Assembly (NCBI GenBank): GCA_963794325.1
Contig: CAWCDG010000003.1
Span: 320,001 to 384,000 of the forward strand
Source of the DNA: an uncultured delta proteobacterium
GTDB taxonomy: Bacteria; Desulfobacterota; Binatia; Binatales; Binataceae
Direction: 5' to 3'
DNA length: 64,000 nt
Shown: positions 58,907 through 64,000 of the stretch, one piece after another
Layout of the letters: the number at the start of each line of letters is the position of its first letter
Position numbering within the stretch: the stretch's first letter is position 1
Notes under the pieces: model-generated
The model's database searches: none
Seen by the model: the letters and a program-made list of their open reading frames with translations, nothing else
What the model was told of the DNA's origin: nothing
Position numbers and translations under genes: made by a program

Positions 58907-59538
58907 GGACGCGCACGTCCCGCTCGAATTTCTGCGCACATTTCCTCGACCGTCTTTACGTCGTTGTCGAATTCAGTCGCGACGGTCATGAACCATTTTC
59001 CAGTGGCGAAATGAGCGTCGCTGCCACCGACCGCGGTCAGCCCGAGCTTGAGTGCCGCGTCCTCGGCTCGCCGATTCTCCTCGACCGAGTTCTGACCGTT
59101 CAAAACTTCGACCGCCCCAATCGCCGCGCCATGACGGCTCAGCAGCGCATCCAGCCGCACTCCGTAGCCCGAATCGCGAAATGGATGCGCCGGAATTGCG
59201 ACGCCGCCCTCGTGATGAATCACTTCAATCAGGCTGTCGCTCTTGAGCATCCGCGCCGTCAGATCGAATCGCCGCATCACTTCTTCGTTCACCCCGAACA
59301 GCAGCAGATGGCCGAGGTCGGTGTCGGCCTCAATCCCTCTGAAGATGGCGATTTGAAATCGTTCCGCGAGTTCCGCGTACAGTCGCTCGACGTCGGCATC
59401 GATCGGGAACAGCCGATGCTCTGTAAAACAGATGGCGCCGAGGCCCCGTCCCGAACTCTTCGCGAATTCAAGATACTGCTCGGGTGCGACGTTGGAGTCT
59501 GACGAGAGCCTCGTGTGGACGTGGAGGTCGGCGATCAT
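58879..59538 (-). CDS. PHP-domain metal-dependent phosphoesterase
   Basis: DLHVHT, FTEH, AHPFR, GGSDAH. Confidence 0.88.
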   Translation of the reverse strand: MIADLHVHTRLSSDSNVAPEQYLEFAKSSGRGLGAICFTEHRLFPIDADVERLYAELAERFQIAIFRGIEADTDLGHLLLFGVNEEVMRRFDLTARMLKSDSLIEVIHHEGGVAIPAHPFRDSGYGVRLDALLSRHGAAIGAVEVLNGQNSVEENRRAEDAALKLGLTAVGGSDAHFATGKWFMTVATEFDNDVKTVEEMCAEIRAGRARPYVFPDPLA

Positions 59539-59548
59539 CAACAGGACT

Positions 59549-61069
59549 TTACGGCTCGGCGAAGAAGTTGTCGCGCACCTGAATGTGGTCCTCGATCGAG
59601 AAAATTCGCGCCACCAGGAAAATCTGGGTCTGCACCATCAGGCGATCAGCTTCGGTCGGCACGGTTCCCCATAAGATGATCGTGTCACCGTCCATTTTGA
59701 AGCGCACTGAGCTGTAGCCCTGCATGTCCAGCGCCCGGCGAAGCGCCATCTCCCGCGGCGTTGTGTGCGGCGGATCAGCCGGCTCACCCGGGACGGGCGG
59801 CGCAGGATTCGGCTCTGACGGCACCGATCCATAGTCGGGTCCGGTATCGCCGTCGGAAGGCTGCGGCTGCGACGAATGAAAAATCAGGTAGCCCATCAGG
59901 AAAAATCCGCCGACCACCAACGCCATCAGTCGCGCCGAATGCCGCCGGCGCCGCCGCTCGTGAAAAATCGGCCCCGGAAAATCGTGCGGCGCGGCAACGT
60001 CGTCGAGCATGATCGTCTGCGCCTCGGGCGTCGCGCCGCGATCTGTCCCCGACAATCGTCCGGTCACGTCGGCGGCGCAGAACGAGCAGAAGTTCGAATC
60101 CACCGGGATGCTTCGGCCGCATCGCGGGCACTCAGTGTCGATCGCGTTGCTCAGCATCGTCGGCGCCGACGCGTGCTGCTCTTTGGACTTGACGCCGCTC
60201 AGGGGCAGCTTGAGTTGTGGACGCGCGGCCCGGCCGGAGGAATTGCGCTGCGGCGCAGCCATCGGCGTCCCTGACTTGATCGCCATCAGCCGCTGTCTGA
60301 ATTCCACGGCGTCAGCAACGCGCAAAGCCACGTCGTACTTGAGGGCCTGGTCGACCACTTCGCATAGCGCGGGAGTGACCTCAGGACATAGCGATCGCAA
60401 CGGAGGAAAACTGAACGGCGGCTCGAGCGCGGGGTCGCGGCCCGACAGCGCATGATGCATCGTGGCGCCCAGTGCATACAGGTCCGATCGGAACTCGACC
60501 TTGCCGCGATATTGTTCCGGCGGCGCGTAGCCTTGCGTGCCGATCATCGTCGCGTTGCTGAGCGGCTGGAACAGTCGCGCGATTCCAAAGTCGATGAGCT
60601 TGACCTGCTCCGACGGCGTTAGCATCACGTTCGACGGCTTCAGGTCGCGATAGATCACCGGCGGTTCCAGGTTGTGCAGATACTCGAGCGTGTCGAGAAC
60701 CTGCAGCGCCACGTCGATAACCTCGCTCTCGGGAAGCTGGCCGCCGGCGCTCTGGAGTTTCTGCTCCAGCGTTATCCCGCTGATGTACTCCATGACGAGA
60801 TAGTGATGGTTCTCATCGCTGAAGCGATCGAACACGCGCGGGATATGTTCGTTGCTGAGTTGCGCCAGCATGTCGGCTTCGCGCTGAAACGCCGCGACCG
60901 CCTGCTTCTGAGTTTCGGGGCTGGTGAAAGTATCGACCATCTCGGCCAGCGCACACTCGCGCGCGGCGAGCCGCAAGTCCTCGGCCAGATAGACGAGCTT
61001 CATCCCGCCGCCGCCAAGCGGCTTCATCACGCGGTAACGTCCGCCAATGATCGTGTTGGGCGCAATCAT
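59549..61069 (-). CDS. Ser/Thr protein kinase with zinc ribbon, TM helix and C-terminal BON-like domain
   Basis: YRDLKPSN, DFG, GYAPPEQ, SDLYALG; CPRC..CSFC; TM; IILWGTVP...IEDHIQV. Confidence 0.9.
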   Translation of the reverse strand: MIAPNTIIGGRYRVMKPLGGGGMKLVYLAEDLRLAARECALAEMVDTFTSPETQKQAVAAFQREADMLAQLSNEHIPRVFDRFSDENHHYLVMEYISGITLEQKLQSAGGQLPESEVIDVALQVLDTLEYLHNLEPPVIYRDLKPSNVMLTPSEQVKLIDFGIARLFQPLSNATMIGTQGYAPPEQYRGKVEFRSDLYALGATMHHALSGRDPALEPPFSFPPLRSLCPEVTPALCEVVDQALKYDVALRVADAVEFRQRLMAIKSGTPMAAPQRNSSGRAARPQLKLPLSGVKSKEQHASAPTMLSNAIDTECPRCGRSIPVDSNFCSFCAADVTGRLSGTDRGATPEAQTIMLDDVAAPHDFPGPIFHERRRRRHSARLMALVVGGFFLMGYLIFHSSQPQPSDGDTGPDYGSVPSEPNPAPPVPGEPADPPHTTPREMALRRALDMQGYSSVRFKMDGDTIILWGTVPTEADRLMVQTQIFLVARIFSIEDHIQVRDNFFAEP

Positions 61070-61128
61070 GCCTAAAATCAGAATCTAACCATTATCTGAT
61101 TTTATAACAGCCCGCGCGCTTCCCGGAT

Positions 61129-61479
61129 TCATCGCGCCAGCATGTCTTCCCGGGGTGTTCCGGAGAAGGCCGCATTAGCCCCACATATTATATGGATGAG
61201 GATGCCAAATGGCGGCCCCATCCCGTACGCTATCGACACGAAAAAGAACCACATGATGCCCTTGAAGGGCTTGCCGCGGTAGATGTGCCCGACGCCCGGA
61301 ACGATGCTGAGCACGAGCGCGATCACCGGGTTGAATCCCGAACCTCTGTGCAACAGCGATAAACGTGTCGTCGGCGCGCCGCACGATTTGCAATAGCTCG
61401 CCTCGGCGACGACGATCGGCTGGCCGCATCGCGAACAGAACCTCGGTTTTTCGAAATCAGCGTCAGCCACGGAAGACAA
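61129..61479 (-). CDS. Zinc-ribbon + TM2-like membrane protein
   Basis: CSRC..CKSC followed by NPVIALVLSIVPGVGHIY. Confidence 0.8.
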   Translation of the reverse strand: MSSVADADFEKPRFCSRCGQPIVVAEASYCKSCGAPTTRLSLLHRGSGFNPVIALVLSIVPGVGHIYRGKPFKGIMWFFFVSIAYGMGPPFGILIHIICGANAAFSGTPREDMLAR

Positions 61480-62794
61480 ACTGCGCGTCGCCGAAGCGTA
61501 CAGCCTCGCCGTCGTTCACCTTGGTTGGCTCGGTCACGCGCCGATTACCGACGAACGTCCCGTTCTGACTGTTCAGGTCGCGCACCACAAAGGCGCCGTT
61601 GGAATTCTCGATACTCGCGTGATGCCTCGAGATCGAGGAATGGCTGACCACGATTTCATTGTCCAGCGCGCGCCCGATGTGGGTAACCGCGCCGGGACGC
61701 ACGGGATACGCCTGCCCGGACGCGTCGATCAGGCTCGGCCCATCAACTTTGGCATTTGCTCCCGCCAGCCGTGTCGCGATATGCGCAGGATTCACCGCGT
61801 CGGATGCGAGCGAGGCCTGCTGGCGCGCGGGCGACGACGACCCGCGCAGATGGAACTTCATTTCGTAACCGCCGATGTTGACCCGATCGCCGTCGTGCAG
61901 ATCTACAGTCTCGATTCGCTTGCCGTTGACGAACGTACCGTCCTGCACCGCAAGATTCCTGATGACGTAATCAGCGCCGCGCCGCTCGATTACCGCGTGC
62001 CGTTGCTGCACCGACGGGTCGCCGAACAAGCCGACCGGGTTTTCTTCGGCGCGCCCAATCGTCGCGCGCGCTCCTTCGATTCGGTACTGGCGTCCGCGCA
62101 AGCGTCCCTGCTCGACGGTGACCCACGCGGCCTTGGTCATCTCTTGTACCAGCCCGATGAACAGTCCGATCGCAAGGCCGGTTATCGCCTCGCCAAAAAA
62201 TCGCGACGCCAGCCCGCCGCCGACGACCGATCCGATCAAATCAAATGCGATTCCGCCGACCGCTCCGCCAACCAGTCCACCGACCGCTCCCTTGGGCACG
62301 TTTTCCATCGTGAGCGTTGCCAATCCCACACCGGCGCCAACCAGCGCGCCATCGATGGCCCATCCCAACAGTCTTGCGATTATGAGAACGACGATCGATC
62401 CCGAAACCAGCTCACCATTCGGACTGAACCCGACGCCGCCAACTTGAAGGACCAGGTTGAAGACGTAGTTCCCGAGGTAAGTGGAGAGCAGCGACAGCAG
62501 CGCGCAAATACCGAAGCCGCGGAGGAATCGACGCTTGGCCTCCGGCGTCACGCGAACCTCTGAGGTGTCCACCGCCGTGATGAACGCGCCGATCGCTCCG
62601 GCCGCGATCGCCGCCGAGATGTAGTACGCGATCAAATCCCCGGTCGTCTGCGCCTCGCCCAGATGCGAATTGTGCGAAGCCAGTTCGACCGGGAGCCATC
62701 CGATCGCGCCACCCACCAGGCCCGCGAGAGCCTTGAAGGTCAATTCGCGCCGGTTCAGAGAATCGCTTTTCAGTAGAGCTAGAGGTGAGTCCAC
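61463..62794 (-). CDS. Multi-TM membrane protein with two FHA domains
   Basis: Gly-rich TM bundle; IGR...HA...GTFVNG and IGR...SRHHA...SQNGTF FHA domains. Confidence 0.9.
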   Translation of the reverse strand: MDSPLALLKSDSLNRRELTFKALAGLVGGAIGWLPVELASHNSHLGEAQTTGDLIAYYISAAIAAGAIGAFITAVDTSEVRVTPEAKRRFLRGFGICALLSLLSTYLGNYVFNLVLQVGGVGFSPNGELVSGSIVVLIIARLLGWAIDGALVGAGVGLATLTMENVPKGAVGGLVGGAVGGIAFDLIGSVVGGGLASRFFGEAITGLAIGLFIGLVQEMTKAAWVTVEQGRLRGRQYRIEGARATIGRAEENPVGLFGDPSVQQRHAVIERRGADYVIRNLAVQDGTFVNGKRIETVDLHDGDRVNIGGYEMKFHLRGSSSPARQQASLASDAVNPAHIATRLAGANAKVDGPSLIDASGQAYPVRPGAVTHIGRALDNEIVVSHSSISRHHASIENSNGAFVVRDLNSQNGTFVGNRRVTEPTKVNDGEAVRFGDAQFVFRG

Positions 62795-62948
62795 GACGCC
62801 CTCGGCAGCAGCATCCAGGTGAAACAGTTACCAATATAATAGCCCGCATCCGCGCGCTGGAAAACGCCGTCGCTGAACAGCATGCAATCAGCGGGCTGCG
62901 GGGCTCATATTGCTCCCCCCGAACAAAAACAGGCATCATCGCGAGGCG

Positions 62949-64000
62949 ATGAGCATCGAAAATCTGGTTACTGAAAAGTTCGGCCCGCTGCAGGGCGTGA
63001 AGATCATCTCGACCGGAACCCTGATTGCGCAGCCGTTCGCCGCCGAACTGGCCGCCGAGATGGGCGCGGAGGTGATCCAAATCGAGCGGCCCGGAATTGG
63101 CGACGTCGGATGGCGCAATATCGGCATCCGGCTCAAGACCAGGGACGGCAAGTCCGCCGTTGCGACGACCTGGATCCAGGAACGCCGCAACGTGTTTTGC
63201 ATCTCGCTCGATCTGTCGAAGCCGCGCGGCCGCGAAATCTTTTTGAAACTCGTCGCGCGTGCCGACATCTGGATGGAAAGTTCGAGGCCGGGCACCTATC
63301 CGAAATGGAAGCTTGACGACGCGTCGGTTTGGAAGGTCAATCCGAAACTGGTGATCACTCACGTCTCGGGATTCGGACAAAGCGGCGATCCTGACTACGT
63401 CCATCGCGCGTCGTACGACGTGGTTGGGCAGGCGGTCGGCGGCACGATGATCCAGACCGGTTTTCCCGATCCGATTCCGCCGACGCGCGCCGCGCCGTGG
63501 ACCGGCGACTATATTACCGCGCTTTTCACGATGTGGTCGTCGCTCGCCGCGCTGACGTACGCGCGCACCACCGGCAAGGGTCAGTCGATCGACGTCGCGC
63601 AGTACGAAGCGATTCATAAAACGCTGGGCGGAACGATGGTTGAGTACTTCCAGAATGGCGTCGTGCGCGAGCGATCGGGCAATCGCGCGCAGGGCTTTCA
63701 GCCACTCGATTCTTTTCAGGCAATTGACGGATGGGTCGTGATGGGCGCGATAGGCGACGTGTACGCGCGGATGCTCGGCGTGATCGGGCTGGATCAGACC
63801 GACCCGAAATGGGAAACGGCGCGCACTCAGCTCGAATCGATCGAAGGGATCGAATTCGACGCGATCCTGCGCGGATGGATTTCCGAGCGCACTGTGAAAG
63901 ACGTCGTGACCGCGATGGCAGCCGCCAACGTGCCGTGCTCGCCGATTATGACGAGCAAGGACATCGCCGAGGACCCGCAATACCGCGCGCGCGGAATGCA
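62949..64000 (+). CDS. CaiB/BaiF family CoA transferase, 3'-truncated by the window edge
   Basis: Absent from the ORF track because it has no stop in the window. MSIENLVTEKFGPLQGVKIISTGTLIAQPFAAELAAEMGAEVIQIERP..., HVSGFGQSG, GDY. Confidence 0.9.
   Translation, partial: MSIENLVTEKFGPLQGVKIISTGTLIAQPFAAELAAEMGAEVIQIERPGIGDVGWRNIGIRLKTRDGKSAVATTWIQERRNVFCISLDLSKPRGREIFLKLVARADIWMESSRPGTYPKWKLDDASVWKVNPKLVITHVSGFGQSGDPDYVHRASYDVVGQAVGGTMIQTGFPDPIPPTRAAPWTGDYITALFTMWSSLAALTYARTTGKGQSIDVAQYEAIHKTLGGTMVEYFQNGVVRERSGNRAQGFQPLDSFQAIDGWVVMGAIGDVYARMLGVIGLDQTDPKWETARTQLESIEGIEFDAILRGWISERTVKDVVTAMAAANVPCSPIMTSKDIAEDPQYRARGM

Noticed and set aside
59549-61069. Calling the kinase a pseudokinase or pseudogene because the VAIK lysine is missing
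   Set aside because: The frame and all other catalytic motifs are intact, and a compensating Gly-loop lysine is present.

Overview
High-GC bacterial chromosomal window, largely core and metabolic genes. Gene content and protein style are consistent with Candidatus Binatota or a related soil lineage (inference only). Left part (+ strand): a truncated glycoside hydrolase, an SBBP beta-propeller surface protein, tkt / tal-pgi fusion / pgl, typA, an AsmA-like protein, cutA, hisC, pth and tyrS. Middle (mostly - strand): a sigma54 two-component system, DedA, a CYCxC protein, nrtR-nadA with an NrtR-type operator, and a MacAB-like ABC exporter with PadR. Right part (+ strand): carotenoid oxygenase-PadR, an ECF sigma with an unusual cupin-cupin-VOC partner, bcp, a DegP/Q protease, CoA transferases and a ClC transporter, which converges on an FHA / zinc-ribbon / Ser-Thr kinase / PHP operon. 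I saw no rRNA, tRNA, CRISPR array or transposase. Three signals stand out. (1) A family of intergenic multi-hairpin repeats has compensatory base changes and sits in mosaics of REP-like modules. (2) Strand-specific C-depletion peaks around these repeat clusters, and its polarity flips at about 42-43.5 kb where the repeat orientation flips. (3) The Ser/Thr kinase has a WNK-like arrangement, with the beta3 Lys replaced by Ala and a Lys in the Gly-rich loop. All family assignments come from motif recognition by eye; no database searches were run.
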